A stretch of 64,000 nt of DNA from the NCBI GenBank assembly GCA_001791325.1, contig MGEK01000033.1:8370-72369 (forward strand), given 5' to 3'. Positions 19,368 to 28,734 of the stretch are shown here, one piece after another. Both the position numbers and the translations under genes were made by a program. This DNA is from Candidatus Uhrbacteria bacterium RIFCSPLOWO2_01_FULL_47_25 (GTDB lineage: Bacteria > Patescibacteriota > Patescibacteriia > GWA2-46-9). Positions within the stretch are counted from its first letter, which is position 1. Each line of letters begins with the position of its first letter. The notes beneath the pieces are model-generated. The model was not told the origin of the DNA and did not search any database. It was given only the letters and a program-made list of their open reading frames with translations.

Positions 19368-20390
19368 ATGCAAATAATCGCCTTTTTCGCGACCAAATCA
19401 TGGGAGGAAGAATATTTAAAAGATAAGTTGAAGATAGTCGCGTCCGACCTCACTCAGATTTTTATTCCGGAAATCTTAAGCAAGGAACATTTGCCTTCAT
19501 CTCGAGACTTTGCGCTATGTTCCGTCTTTGTGGACTCACTGATTGATCGCACCGTTATTGACGCCTTGCCTAATTTGAAATTCATCGTTACTCGCTCCAC
19601 TGGTTATGATCACATTGATTTAGCGGCGGCGGGCGAGCGCGGGATAGTTATTTCAAGCGTTCCCTCTTATGGCGAAAATACGGTGGCTGAATATGCCTTC
19701 GCCCTCCTCCTAACCTTATCGCGTAAAATTTATGATGGCGCGCACCGCGTTCGTGAAGAAACAAGGTTTAGTTTTGATGGGCTTCAGGGGTTTGATCTTA
19801 AAGGTAAAACTATTGGAGTTTTGGGAACCGGTCGCATTGGCCGTCATGCCATCAGAATGGCTAAGGGTTTTGATATGCGGGTTGTCGCCTATGATCCTTT
19901 CCCAAACGAGTCGTTCGCAAAAGAATTTGATTTTACCTATTTATCATTTGAGGAAGTTTTGAAAAATAGCGATATTATTACCATCCATGTTCCTTATTCT
20001 AAAGAAACTCATCACCTGATTAACGAAAAAACCATCGCTCTAATGAAGCCAGGGGCGTATCTTATTAATACCAGTCGGGGCGGAGTAGTAGATACGCCAG
20101 CTCTGGCCGTAGCCTTGAAGCAAGGCCGTCTTGGCGGCGCGGGGCTAGATGTATTAGAAGAAGAAGGGGTCATTAAGGATGAATTAGATTTTATTGTCCA
20201 TGGCCATCCCGAGGAGCATTCTCTAAAAACTGTTTTGGCCGATCATGTTCTTATGGATTTGTCAAATGTTATTGTTACTCCTCATAATGCTTTCAATACC
20301 AAAGAGGCTTTAACGCGCATTCTTGATACAACGGTTGAGGATATTGTCGGGTATATCAAGGGCAAGCCTGTTAATGTGGTACCCCGTTAG
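19368..20390 (+). CDS. D-2-hydroxyacid dehydrogenase (D-lactate dehydrogenase-like)
   Basis: TRSTGYDHID, GVLGTGRIG, NTSRG and TPHNAF motifs. The stop codon lies inside the MITE TIR. Confidence 0.9.
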   Translation: MQIIAFFATKSWEEEYLKDKLKIVASDLTQIFIPEILSKEHLPSSRDFALCSVFVDSLIDRTVIDALPNLKFIVTRSTGYDHIDLAAAGERGIVISSVPSYGENTVAEYAFALLLTLSRKIYDGAHRVREETRFSFDGLQGFDLKGKTIGVLGTGRIGRHAIRMAKGFDMRVVAYDPFPNESFAKEFDFTYLSFEEVLKNSDIITIHVPYSKETHHLINEKTIALMKPGAYLINTSRGGVVDTPALAVALKQGRLGGAGLDVLEEEGVIKDELDFIVHGHPEEHSLKTVLADHVLMDLSNVIVTPHNAFNTKEALTRILDTTVEDIVGYIKGKPVNVVPR

Positions 20391-20503
20391 AAGTCTGGTT
20401 TAGTATAAATTATCAATTTTTTAGTCATGCCACAATTTATCAACCAATTAAACACCATAATTATCGCAGCCCCGCATAGCGGGGCCAAGGACTTCTAACA
20501 GGG
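20382..20503 (+). mobile_element. 122-bp MITE-like element, CCCCGTTAGAA family, with nested GCCCCGC-ATA-GCGGGGC hairpin
   Basis: TIR CCCCGTTAGAAGTC/GACTTCTAACAGGG; interior homologous to the 8914 copy; no clean TSD. Confidence 0.75.
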
Positions 20504-20510
20504 TGAAACA

Positions 20511-21683
20511 ATGAGCAAGATTTCCAGCCTTAAGGCCAGAAAAATTTTAGATTCGCGCGGCGAGTGGACGGTGGAAGTTACAGCTACCGCTGAGACGGGC
20601 GAAACCGCGGTATTTTCTGAACCTCGCGGTAAAAGTCGGGGAAAGTACGAGGAAGTTTCAGTATCCACTGACACGGCGGTAGAAAACATTGAACAAGTGA
20701 TTGCTTCGGCCATAAAGGGATTTGAAGTTGAGGAACAGGTGAAAATTGACGAGCGCTTGCTTGAGCTTGATGGGACCGAAACCAAGTCAGCGCTTGGAGA
20801 AAACGCAATACTTGGAGCGTCTTTGGCATGCGCTCGCCTTGCCTCCGTGGTCAAGAAAGTCCCTCTTTGGCAGCACCTGAACGAGCTAAGCGGTTTGGAT
20901 CGGCCCTCAATAAAACCGCGCTTGTTTATTAACATCATTAACGGAGGTCTTCATGCTGGCGGCAATTTGGATTTTCAAGAGTACCTAATCATTCCCCGCG
21001 CCGATAGGTTTATGGAAGCGGTTGAGAATGGCATTAATTTTTACAGAGCCCTAAGGGAATATTTAGTAAAAATTATCGGGGGGAGAGCGTCATTGCTTGG
21101 CGATGAGGGGGGTTTTGCTCCAGACTTTAAAAATAATGCCGAACCTTTTGAGGTTTTTCAAAAAATAGTATATGAGCTTAGTCTGCAAGATAAAATAGAT
21201 TTTGGTTTGGACGCCGCCGCGAGCAATGTAAGGATGAACAATAATGAATTAACTGCATTTTATAAAGAACTTTATGAGAAGCACAATTTATGGTATTTAG
21301 AAGATCCGTTTGCCGAAGATGATTTTGACAGTTTTGCCGGTCTTTTGAAGGAGTGGAACAAGGGCGGGTTAATAGCTGGAGACGATCTTACCGTTACTAA
21401 TATAAAGCGCATCAAGCAGGCGGCCGAGAAGAAAAGCATAAACGCCGTAATTATTAAACCAAATCAGATAGGCACTCTGACCGAAACCTTGGGGGCGGCG
21501 CGCGAAGCGCGCCAGCTTGGGTGGAAAGTCATAGTCTCGCATCGCAGCGGTGAAACCAATGATGATTTTATCTCTGATTTGGCTTATGGCATCGGCGCCG
21601 ATGGCCTTAAACTTGGCGCGCCGGCTCGCGGCGAACGAGTGGCAAAATACAATCGACTTTTGGCTATTGAGGCGGAGGAATAG
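20511..21683 (+). CDS. eno: Enolase (short, divergent)
   Basis: ILDSRG, GDEGG, LEDPF, GDDL, IKPNQIG and VSHRSGET motifs. Confidence 0.92.
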   Translation: MSKISSLKARKILDSRGEWTVEVTATAETGETAVFSEPRGKSRGKYEEVSVSTDTAVENIEQVIASAIKGFEVEEQVKIDERLLELDGTETKSALGENAILGASLACARLASVVKKVPLWQHLNELSGLDRPSIKPRLFINIINGGLHAGGNLDFQEYLIIPRADRFMEAVENGINFYRALREYLVKIIGGRASLLGDEGGFAPDFKNNAEPFEVFQKIVYELSLQDKIDFGLDAAASNVRMNNNELTAFYKELYEKHNLWYLEDPFAEDDFDSFAGLLKEWNKGGLIAGDDLTVTNIKRIKQAAEKKSINAVIIKPNQIGTLTETLGAAREARQLGWKVIVSHRSGETNDDFISDLAYGIGADGLKLGAPARGERVAKYNRLLAIEAEE

Positions 21684-21692
21684 ATTAGGGTC

Positions 21693-21720
21693 TTGACAAT
21701 ATATTTATAAGTGCTATCTT
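21693..21720 (+). promoter_or_regulatory. Sigma70-type promoter
   Basis: TTGACA-N16-TATCTT, with TGC immediately before the -10. Confidence 0.55.
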
Positions 21721-21912
21721 ACTCATAACAATTACGAAGGATACAAATCATCGTAATTGAGAACAGGCCCTCAATGGAGGAGGCTTGTTTTGTTTGTACC
21801 TTGAAACAATTCAAAAGAGGGAGGACAAAAGAGATGTAGAATGGCAGTTAGTGGTGTCAGGGAGAAGAAGATCAACCAACAAAACTTCCAACTTCAGGAC
21901 AAAGGAGAGTGT

Positions 21913-23244
21913 ATGAAAAGGATCTTCATCGCCATTTTGGCGGTTTTGCTCATGCTGGCGCAGTGGTCGCCGGCGCGGGCGGTCACGGGAGACCTCGTCG
22001 CGTCGGTTGTGTTCAGCAACGACTGTTCCCTTGGCGTGGGCATTGCTTACGACGGGACGAACCTCTGGTACTCGTGCTACGGCGGATCACCAAACCTTCA
22101 CCGCGCGAATCCCCTGACCGGCATCGTTGATGCGTCCTACGCGATCCCGGCCAGCGGTCTCGGCGCGCTGTCGTATGACGCAACGCGCAACGCGATCTGG
22201 GCGGGCGCAGATTCAGACGCCGTCTATCGTATTGACTTGGACGCCGGCAAGAATGTCACGGGGTCAGTGCTGGCCTTCCATACCGGCGACTACTGCGGGC
22301 TGGACGACGGCTTGGCCTTTGACGCGAACAACGTGGCTGATCCCAATGACGACGTCATCTACTACAGCGACGACTGCTGGACGACTACCATCGTGTCGTA
22401 CGACTTGACCGGCGCGGTGGTAGAATCATTTCCTTTCATCGGCACTGGCGGGCACAACAGCGGCCTTGGCATCGGCGGCCAGCTGCTCTATGAGGCCGAC
22501 GTCTTCAATCCCGTTCAAAGCGTCTGGGTGATTGACAAGGTAAGTAAGGCCTTGCAGTTCACTTTTTCAACGAACGTGCCGGGCGAGCCGAACTTTCATC
22601 CAGAGGATCTGGAGTGCGACACCAACACGTTTGCCGGCGCCGGCCTCCACGTCATGTGGTCCAAAGAGGCGTACTCGCCCGCGCGAGCCCATGCTTTTGA
22701 GATTCCGTTCGGAACATGCGGCGTCGGCGGACAGCCCGCGGCCTGCGGTGACGGCGACCTGGATGAAGGCGAAGAGTGCGACGACGGGAACACGGCGGAT
22801 GGCGACGGTTGTTCTCACGATTGCAAAAACGAGAATCAGCCGCCGGACTGTAGCGGGGCGATGGCCAGTCTGGATGAGCTCTGGCCACCGAACCACAAGT
22901 TCGTCGGCATCTCCATTATCGGCGTCACCGACCCGGACGGCGACGCGGTTGCGATCACCATTACCGACATCGCCCAGGACGAACCGCTGAACACCGTTGG
23001 TGATGGGAACACCTGTCCAGATGGGGACGGCGTCGGGACGTCAACAGCTCTCCTGCGGGCAGAGCGGTCAGGCACGCCCAAGGTGCCGGGCGACGGCCGC
23101 GTCTATCACGTGAGCTTCGTTGCCGATGACGGCAACGGCGGCGAGTGTGCGGGCACCATTACGGTGTGCGTCCCGCACGATCAGCGGCCTGGCCACGTCT
23201 GCGTGGACCAGGGGCCACTCTACGATTCAACGACCTGCCTGTAA
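21913..23244 (+). CDS. Secreted GC-rich protein: propeller-like N-terminus, Myxococcus-type Cys-rich repeat, C-terminal WPPNHK domain
   Basis: Signal peptide MKRIFIAILAVLLMLA after an AAAGGAG RBS; CGDG..GEECDDGN..DGDGCS..C; LWPPNHKF..LRAER..DGRVY. Confidence 0.8.
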   Translation: MKRIFIAILAVLLMLAQWSPARAVTGDLVASVVFSNDCSLGVGIAYDGTNLWYSCYGGSPNLHRANPLTGIVDASYAIPASGLGALSYDATRNAIWAGADSDAVYRIDLDAGKNVTGSVLAFHTGDYCGLDDGLAFDANNVADPNDDVIYYSDDCWTTTIVSYDLTGAVVESFPFIGTGGHNSGLGIGGQLLYEADVFNPVQSVWVIDKVSKALQFTFSTNVPGEPNFHPEDLECDTNTFAGAGLHVMWSKEAYSPARAHAFEIPFGTCGVGGQPAACGDGDLDEGEECDDGNTADGDGCSHDCKNENQPPDCSGAMASLDELWPPNHKFVGISIIGVTDPDGDAVAITITDIAQDEPLNTVGDGNTCPDGDGVGTSTALLRAERSGTPKVPGDGRVYHVSFVADDGNGGECAGTITVCVPHDQRPGHVCVDQGPLYDSTTCL

Positions 23245-23319
23245 CGGGCACTGGTATACAATTCAGTTTTTCATGAGACCATAAGGTCTCATGGTAAATT
23301 TCAAGGTACAAACTCCAAA

Positions 23320-23359
23320 GAACCAGCCGACGGGCAACCCCCTTCGGCTGGTTTTCTTT
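23320..23359 (+). terminator. Rho-independent terminator
   Basis: AACCAGCCGA...TCGGCTGGTT followed by TTCTTT. Confidence 0.75.
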
Positions 23360-23467
23360 AAATATTAAAGACAGCTTAATGCTTAGTTCATATTATTAAT
23401 TGCCAACTGTTAGTTTCTCCGCTAACATTGAAGAATAAGAATTTTTGTTTCTGTCCTCTAATTGTTT

Positions 23468-23626
23468 ATGACGCGTACTCCTTTGAATAAAGCCCAAGAA
23501 GCATTTCTAAGATTGGTGCGCCGGCAGGTTTACGTTTCCGTGGCCACTGATGTTGGCGGTTTTTTGTCTTTTTGGGGCTGGCCACCATTCTTCTTCATCT
23601 GCTTGTTCCCTAAGGATAGTTTATGA
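23468..23626 (+). CDS. Small 52-aa ORF coupled to the ABC ATPase by an ATGA overlap
   Basis: MTRTPLNKAQEAFLRLVRRQ...KDSL; its TGA overlaps the ATG at 23623. Confidence 0.35.
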   Translation: MTRTPLNKAQEAFLRLVRRQVYVSVATDVGGFLSFWGWPPFFFICLFPKDSL

Positions 23627-24411
23627 ATCATATCAGCGCCGATCCTGCTCTATTGGTTGATCATTTAGTGAAAAATTATGAAGGGCGTCCGGCCGTTTCT
23701 GACATATCTTTTGTGGTTCAGCCGGGCGAGATTTTTGGTTTTTTGGGGCCAAATGGCGCCGGCAAGACAACGACTATTGGATGCATTGCCGGGCTGGTAA
23801 CTTTTGGGGCCGGGCGAATCGAGGTTTTTGGGCATGACGTGGTGCGGAATTACCGCGCCGCTCGTCGGTTGATAGGTCTTTCTCCACAGGATTACAATTT
23901 TGATATTTTTCGCACTCCTTGGGAGGTGTTACTTTATAATGCCGGATTTTTTGGTGTATCTACCAAAGAAGCCAAAGAGCGCGCCGAGGAATTGCTCACA
24001 AAATTTGCCCTTTGGGAGCACAGGCAGAAACCAGTGAATCAACTTTCCGGCGGCATGAAGCGCCGCTTAACCCTGGCCCGTGCTTTAGTGCATCGTCCAA
24101 AATTATTGATTCTTGACGAACCAACAGCTGGCGTTGATTTAGAAATGCGGCTGTCTTTATGGCGTGATCTTCAGGAAATTCAAAGTAGCGGCACGACCAT
24201 TCTTTTAACAACCCATTATCTGGAAGAAGCAGAGCGTCTTTGTGGACGTGTAGCAATTATTCACCAGGGCAGATTAGTAGTGGTAGAAAAGACGGATGAG
24301 TTAATGCGCCAGCATGGCGACAAAACATTGGAAGAAATTTTTTTATCTTTAACTTCGGTTGACGGAGTTAGCCCTTTAGCGATTCACGTCACGCCGCCAG
24401 AAGAATTATGA
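23623..24411 (+). CDS. ABC-2 type exporter ATP-binding protein
   Basis: GPNGAGKTT, LSGGM, ILDEPT and TTH motifs. Confidence 0.95.
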   Translation: MNHISADPALLVDHLVKNYEGRPAVSDISFVVQPGEIFGFLGPNGAGKTTTIGCIAGLVTFGAGRIEVFGHDVVRNYRAARRLIGLSPQDYNFDIFRTPWEVLLYNAGFFGVSTKEAKERAEELLTKFALWEHRQKPVNQLSGGMKRRLTLARALVHRPKLLILDEPTAGVDLEMRLSLWRDLQEIQSSGTTILLTTHYLEEAERLCGRVAIIHQGRLVVVEKTDELMRQHGDKTLEEIFLSLTSVDGVSPLAIHVTPPEEL

Positions 24412-25190
24412 TTGTCGCGTCAATGTTTAATTGGGTTGGGTTTAGGACTCTTTTGATTAAAGAAATTAAAAGATTTTTGAGCATGATCGGGCAAACCATC
24501 GCCCCACCCCTGCTCACCTCTTTGCTTTATATATTAGTGTTTGGTCATTTGCTCGGCTCTCGCATTCAGGAAATCGTGCCCGGCGTGAGTTATATTGATT
24601 TTATCGTGCCCGGCATTCTTATGATGAATGTTATCTCTGGAGCTTTTATGAACGCCTCTTTTGCAATTTACCTCGGCAAACTACAGAGCTCTATTCAGGA
24701 AGTTCTGGTCGCTCCATTGTCTTATATAGAAATGGCTCTTGGATACGTCTTAGCTGGAGCAGTGCGCGGTATTCTGATTGGTTTAGGTGTTTATCTTATC
24801 GCTATTTATTTTACTACTGCCAGTATTATGCACCTTGGCGCTTTTTTGTATTTCCTTATTGCTACTTCGCTTTTATGTTCGGCTCTGGGAGCGATTGTTG
24901 GACTATGGGCCAAAAGTTTTGAGCACATTAATATACCGAATACCTTTCTCATTCTCCCTTTGTCTTTTTTGGGCGGGGTTTTTCATTCCATCAGATTATT
25001 ACCCTCATCTCTCGCGCGCTTGAGCTATTTTAATCCTATCTTTTATATGGTGAACGGCATTCGTGGTAGTATGATTGGTACCAGCGATGTTTCTTCACTG
25101 ATGGCCGGCGTAGTTGTTGGCGTTTTGTCATTGGTTTCATTTATTTGGTGTGTTTATTTATTTCGCATTGGTTATCGGCTGCGAAGCTAA
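24408..25190 (+). CDS. ABC-2 type permease (YadH-like)
   Basis: YIDFIVPGI and LSFLGGVF..NPIFYMVNG motifs; about six TM helices. Confidence 0.92.
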   Translation: MIVASMFNWVGFRTLLIKEIKRFLSMIGQTIAPPLLTSLLYILVFGHLLGSRIQEIVPGVSYIDFIVPGILMMNVISGAFMNASFAIYLGKLQSSIQEVLVAPLSYIEMALGYVLAGAVRGILIGLGVYLIAIYFTTASIMHLGAFLYFLIATSLLCSALGAIVGLWAKSFEHINIPNTFLILPLSFLGGVFHSIRLLPSSLARLSYFNPIFYMVNGIRGSMIGTSDVSSLMAGVVVGVLSLVSFIWCVYLFRIGYRLRS

Positions 25191-25260
25191 GAAATGCAAG
25201 ACGATGATTTTTGCTGTCAGTTGATTTGATATAGAATTGTTTGATGTTTATAATTAACAC

Positions 25261-26631
25261 ATGGTTTCATCCACACGTATCGTAAAATCACGCCAAGCCT
25301 GGGTGGTTTCTGTAAATATGGGGTATGGGCATGAGCGCGCGGCTTACGCCCTTCGCGATCTTGCTCGTGGCGGCATTATTACCGCTAATAATTATCAGGG
25401 CATACCGTCCGCCGACCGCGAGCTTTGGAACGAAAGCCGGTCTTTTTACGAAAAGATATCGCGCATGAATTCGTTGCCATTCGTGGGGCGCTATCTCTTT
25501 GAATTTTATGATCGCTTCCAGGAAATACGCCCCTTTTACCCGAGACGCGATCTCTCCGCCCCCAATGTCCAAGCGCGCGAGTTAACCTATATTATTAAGC
25601 AAAAAAAGTTAGGCAAGCATTTAATTGATAAACTGCGGGAAAAGTCGTTGCCTTTAGTAACCACATTTTTTCTTCCGGCTTTTGCGGCAGAAATTTTTGA
25701 CTATCCGGGCGAAATCTACTGCGTTATTTGCGACGCCGATATTAGCCGCACATGGGTGCCGCTTGATCCCAAGCGTAGCCCCATAAAATACTTTGCCCCC
25801 AACGGCCGCGTGGTTGAACGGCTGAAGCTTTACGGCGTGCCCGAGGGAAATATCTACCTCACCGGCTTTCCTCTACCCAAAGAACTCATTGGCGGAGCTC
25901 GGGGGCTGGTGGTTAAAACCAATTTAATACGCCGCTTAAACAATCTTGATCCATTGGGCATTTTCCGCGGTAAATATGATCGCACCCTTCATCAGTACCT
26001 GGGGCGACATTGGCACCCGCGCCGCAAAATCCCAAAGAGAAATTCTGGCCGACCAGCTTTTACTTTGACTTTTTCTATAGGCGGCGCCGGTTCGCAGCAT
26101 GAGCTGGGGGAGGAAGTGCTTACCAGCTTGCGGAGTCGTATTGCCGAAGGGGCTCTTTGTTTGAATCTTGTGGCCGGTACACACGGCGAGATTCGCCGGT
26201 CTTATTTGAAGCTCGCCCGTTCGTTGAACCTCGGGCAGTCCCTGGGAAGGAATCTCAATGTTGTTTATTATGAAGATCGAGAGAATTACTTTAGAGAATT
26301 TTCCAAACTGTTAAATCAAACAGACATACTTTGGACCAAGCCCTCTGAACTTTCTTTTTACACGGGGCTTGGCCTACCTATTATTATGGCGCCGCCCATT
26401 GGTTCACAAGAAGAGTTTAATGCCCTGTGGCTAAGGACAGTTGGCGGCGGTATCCCCCAAAATGATCCGCGTCACGCCAACGAGTGGCTGTTTGATTGGT
26501 GGGAGAGCGGTGGTCTTGCCAAGATGGCTTGGAGCGGATTCGTGGAGGCGCCAACGCATGGTACTTATCGCATTGAGGAGATTATTACCGGACGGAAATT
26601 TAATCTCGCCCGCTTGCCCTTAATTGTCTAG
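25261..26631 (+). CDS. Glycosyltransferase-like (GT-B, MGDG synthase-like) protein
   Basis: MGYGHERAA, TGFPL and DILWTKPSEL..LGLP..GSQEEFN motifs. Confidence 0.6.
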   Translation: MVSSTRIVKSRQAWVVSVNMGYGHERAAYALRDLARGGIITANNYQGIPSADRELWNESRSFYEKISRMNSLPFVGRYLFEFYDRFQEIRPFYPRRDLSAPNVQARELTYIIKQKKLGKHLIDKLREKSLPLVTTFFLPAFAAEIFDYPGEIYCVICDADISRTWVPLDPKRSPIKYFAPNGRVVERLKLYGVPEGNIYLTGFPLPKELIGGARGLVVKTNLIRRLNNLDPLGIFRGKYDRTLHQYLGRHWHPRRKIPKRNSGRPAFTLTFSIGGAGSQHELGEEVLTSLRSRIAEGALCLNLVAGTHGEIRRSYLKLARSLNLGQSLGRNLNVVYYEDRENYFREFSKLLNQTDILWTKPSELSFYTGLGLPIIMAPPIGSQEEFNALWLRTVGGGIPQNDPRHANEWLFDWWESGGLAKMAWSGFVEAPTHGTYRIEEIITGRKFNLARLPLIV

Positions 26632-26641
26632 AAGTATTTTT

Positions 26642-27739
26642 ATGTCAGCGATGTCGCGCGAGCGATTACGTTCAGTTATTCAGTTTTTAAGAGAGCAAAT
26701 TTGGATAATTTTGATTTTTATAGTGCTTTCGGCAAACGCTTACGTTGTTTATCAGCTTTTCTTGGCTCCCGCGCCGCCTGCTCCCGCGCCGCCGCGCGTG
26801 CCAGAAGTCAAAAAGGAAGAGGCGCCGGCAGGCATGGCCGCTTCGCTCCTGACTGGAGCTTATGTACCGGAGGCTGATCTTGGTCGTCGCTCCATAGCCG
26901 TGATGATTGATAACTTTGCCGCGGCGCGGCCCTCCGCCGGCCTCAATAGCGCCGGCATTGTTTGGGAGACGTTGGTGGAGGGCGGAGTAACGCGCTTTCT
27001 GGCGGTTTATCAAACCACAAGCGAGGTGACGATCGGTCCGGTGCGTTCAGCCAGAGATTATTTTTTGCCTTGGGTTAAAGAAGTTGATGCTATCTATGCT
27101 CATTCCGGTGGTTCGCCGGCGGCGCTGGCGGTCATCAAGGCCGACGCTTCTCTTGATGATGCTAATGAGTTTAGTAATGGTCGGGCGTATTATCGCGTCG
27201 CCGGAGCGGCGCCACATAATCTTTATACAACGACGGAACGTCTTGAAAAGTTGCGCGCTGACAAAGAATGGCGCGCCGAATCAGTAGTCACTCCTCTGCC
27301 GGCAACAGATGAAAAATTAACAGAGGGCGACATCGCTAAAAAAATAACGATTAATTTTTCTTCTGTGCCGGCTTATCGCGTGCAGTGGCTATATGACGAA
27401 GAAAAAGATGTTTATTTGCGCAGTCAAGGAGGTGTGGTAGCAACTGATAGGGAGACCAGAGAGCAGCTTGTGGCCAAAAACTTGATTGTTCAATTCACGC
27501 GCATTACTCCGGCGCCGCCGCCAGCGCCGGCAGACGCGGTAGTGGTGGAAACAGTTGGCCAGGGAGAGGCTTGGTTTTTCCGCAATGGTCGGATTATAAA
27601 AGGTCAATGGGAGAAAACCACAGCAACGTCTCGGACAGTCTTTTTTGACGCGGATAAAAAACCGTACAGTATCGCCCGCGGCTCGCTCTGGATTGAAGTC
27701 GTGCCCAAAGAGATGATGAGCAAAGTGAAGTACGAATAG
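26642..27739 (+). CDS. DUF3048 (YerB-like) membrane-anchored protein
   Basis: AVMIDN..ARP..GL, VEGGVTRFLA, GPVRSAR, HSGGS and APHNLY motifs. Confidence 0.88.
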   Translation: MSAMSRERLRSVIQFLREQIWIILIFIVLSANAYVVYQLFLAPAPPAPAPPRVPEVKKEEAPAGMAASLLTGAYVPEADLGRRSIAVMIDNFAAARPSAGLNSAGIVWETLVEGGVTRFLAVYQTTSEVTIGPVRSARDYFLPWVKEVDAIYAHSGGSPAALAVIKADASLDDANEFSNGRAYYRVAGAAPHNLYTTTERLEKLRADKEWRAESVVTPLPATDEKLTEGDIAKKITINFSSVPAYRVQWLYDEEKDVYLRSQGGVVATDRETREQLVAKNLIVQFTRITPAPPPAPADAVVVETVGQGEAWFFRNGRIIKGQWEKTTATSRTVFFDADKKPYSIARGSLWIEVVPKEMMSKVKYE

Positions 27740-27810
27740 TATATAGTATTTGGTATACAGTATTTAGTTTCCTTGTCAATGCTGTTATTGTCTCTTATAC
27801 TGATTCTATG

Positions 27811-28015
27811 CCCCGCACCTTTCGGTGTTATGAACGCTAAGGCTAAGCCAAAACTATATCTATGACTAATTATAATACATGCTCAAATAAACCAGACGTC
27901 GTCACTAGCGTTCGTCATGGATGTCATGAGTCGGTGATTTCTATTTTTGGTTTTTTATTACATTTTCCGAACGAACTAGCGGCCACAAGAACGTTAACGC
28001 CGTAAAGGTGCGGGG
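27811..28015. mobile_element. 205-bp MITE-like element, CCCCGCACC family, TSD TATG, on the hsp20 start codon
   Basis: Left end CCCCGCACCTTTCGGTGTTA and right end TAACGCCGTAAAGGTGCGGGG; TATG at 27807-27810 and 28016-28019. Confidence 0.8.
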
Positions 28016-28016
28016 T

Positions 28017-28487
28017 ATGTCAGCTAAGATATTCAAAAACAATTCCTCCGAGGAGTCAGTTTCTATTTCCGTTCCCGTACCTGATGATGCCGAAGCGGTG
28101 AGGAGCTTGGGCTCTCCGTCAGCTGGCGGTTCAAATACTTGGGCCAGGCCAGAAGGGGAGCTCGCCATTGATGTTTATGTTACTCCTTCGGCGGTAGTGG
28201 TGCGCACGGCCATGGCCGGGGTAAGGCCGCAAGATATCAACATATCTTTACACAATGATCTTTTAACCATCCGTGGCACACGCCTGGAAGAAGAAGCCAT
28301 AGAAGCAGATTGCTATATGTTGCAGGAATGTTATTGGGGTTCGTTTTCGCGCTCAGTTATTTTGCCCGTTCCGGTTGAGGCGCGCGGCGCCGAGGCTGTA
28401 ATGAAAAATGGCATTTTGAAAGTAATTCTGCCGCGAGTGAATCCTTCGCTTGTATCTTTACATATTGATGATTTGTCTTATGAATAA
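28017..28487 (+). CDS. Hsp20/alpha-crystallin small heat shock protein
   Basis: EGELAIDVY, ECYWGSFSRSVILP and MKNGILKVILP motifs. Confidence 0.92.
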   Translation: MSAKIFKNNSSEESVSISVPVPDDAEAVRSLGSPSAGGSNTWARPEGELAIDVYVTPSAVVVRTAMAGVRPQDINISLHNDLLTIRGTRLEEEAIEADCYMLQECYWGSFSRSVILPVPVEARGAEAVMKNGILKVILPRVNPSLVSLHIDDLSYE

Positions 28488-28728
28488 TGGAGCATCTAAT
28501 ACCATAGAAGCGACAGTAGATCGCTGGGAGGGGGATTTTGTCGTATTGCGCACTAGCGATGGCCAGGAGTTGCTTTGGCCAGGTGATCATATGCCTACAG
28601 AAATCAGCGAAGGGAGCGTAGTCAGGCTGGCCTTGCTGACTGATTTGGAATCAACTGAAGACAGGCGGGAATTGGCTAAGAATATTCTAAATGAAATATT
28701 TGACACAAGTTCTGGCGCAGAAGAATAG
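28480..28728 (+). CDS. DUF3006 family protein
   Basis: TVDRWEGDFVVL...P..ISEGSVV pattern. Confidence 0.75.
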   Translation: MNNGASNTIEATVDRWEGDFVVLRTSDGQELLWPGDHMPTEISEGSVVRLALLTDLESTEDRRELAKNILNEIFDTSSGAEE

Positions 28729-28734
28729 TTGTTT

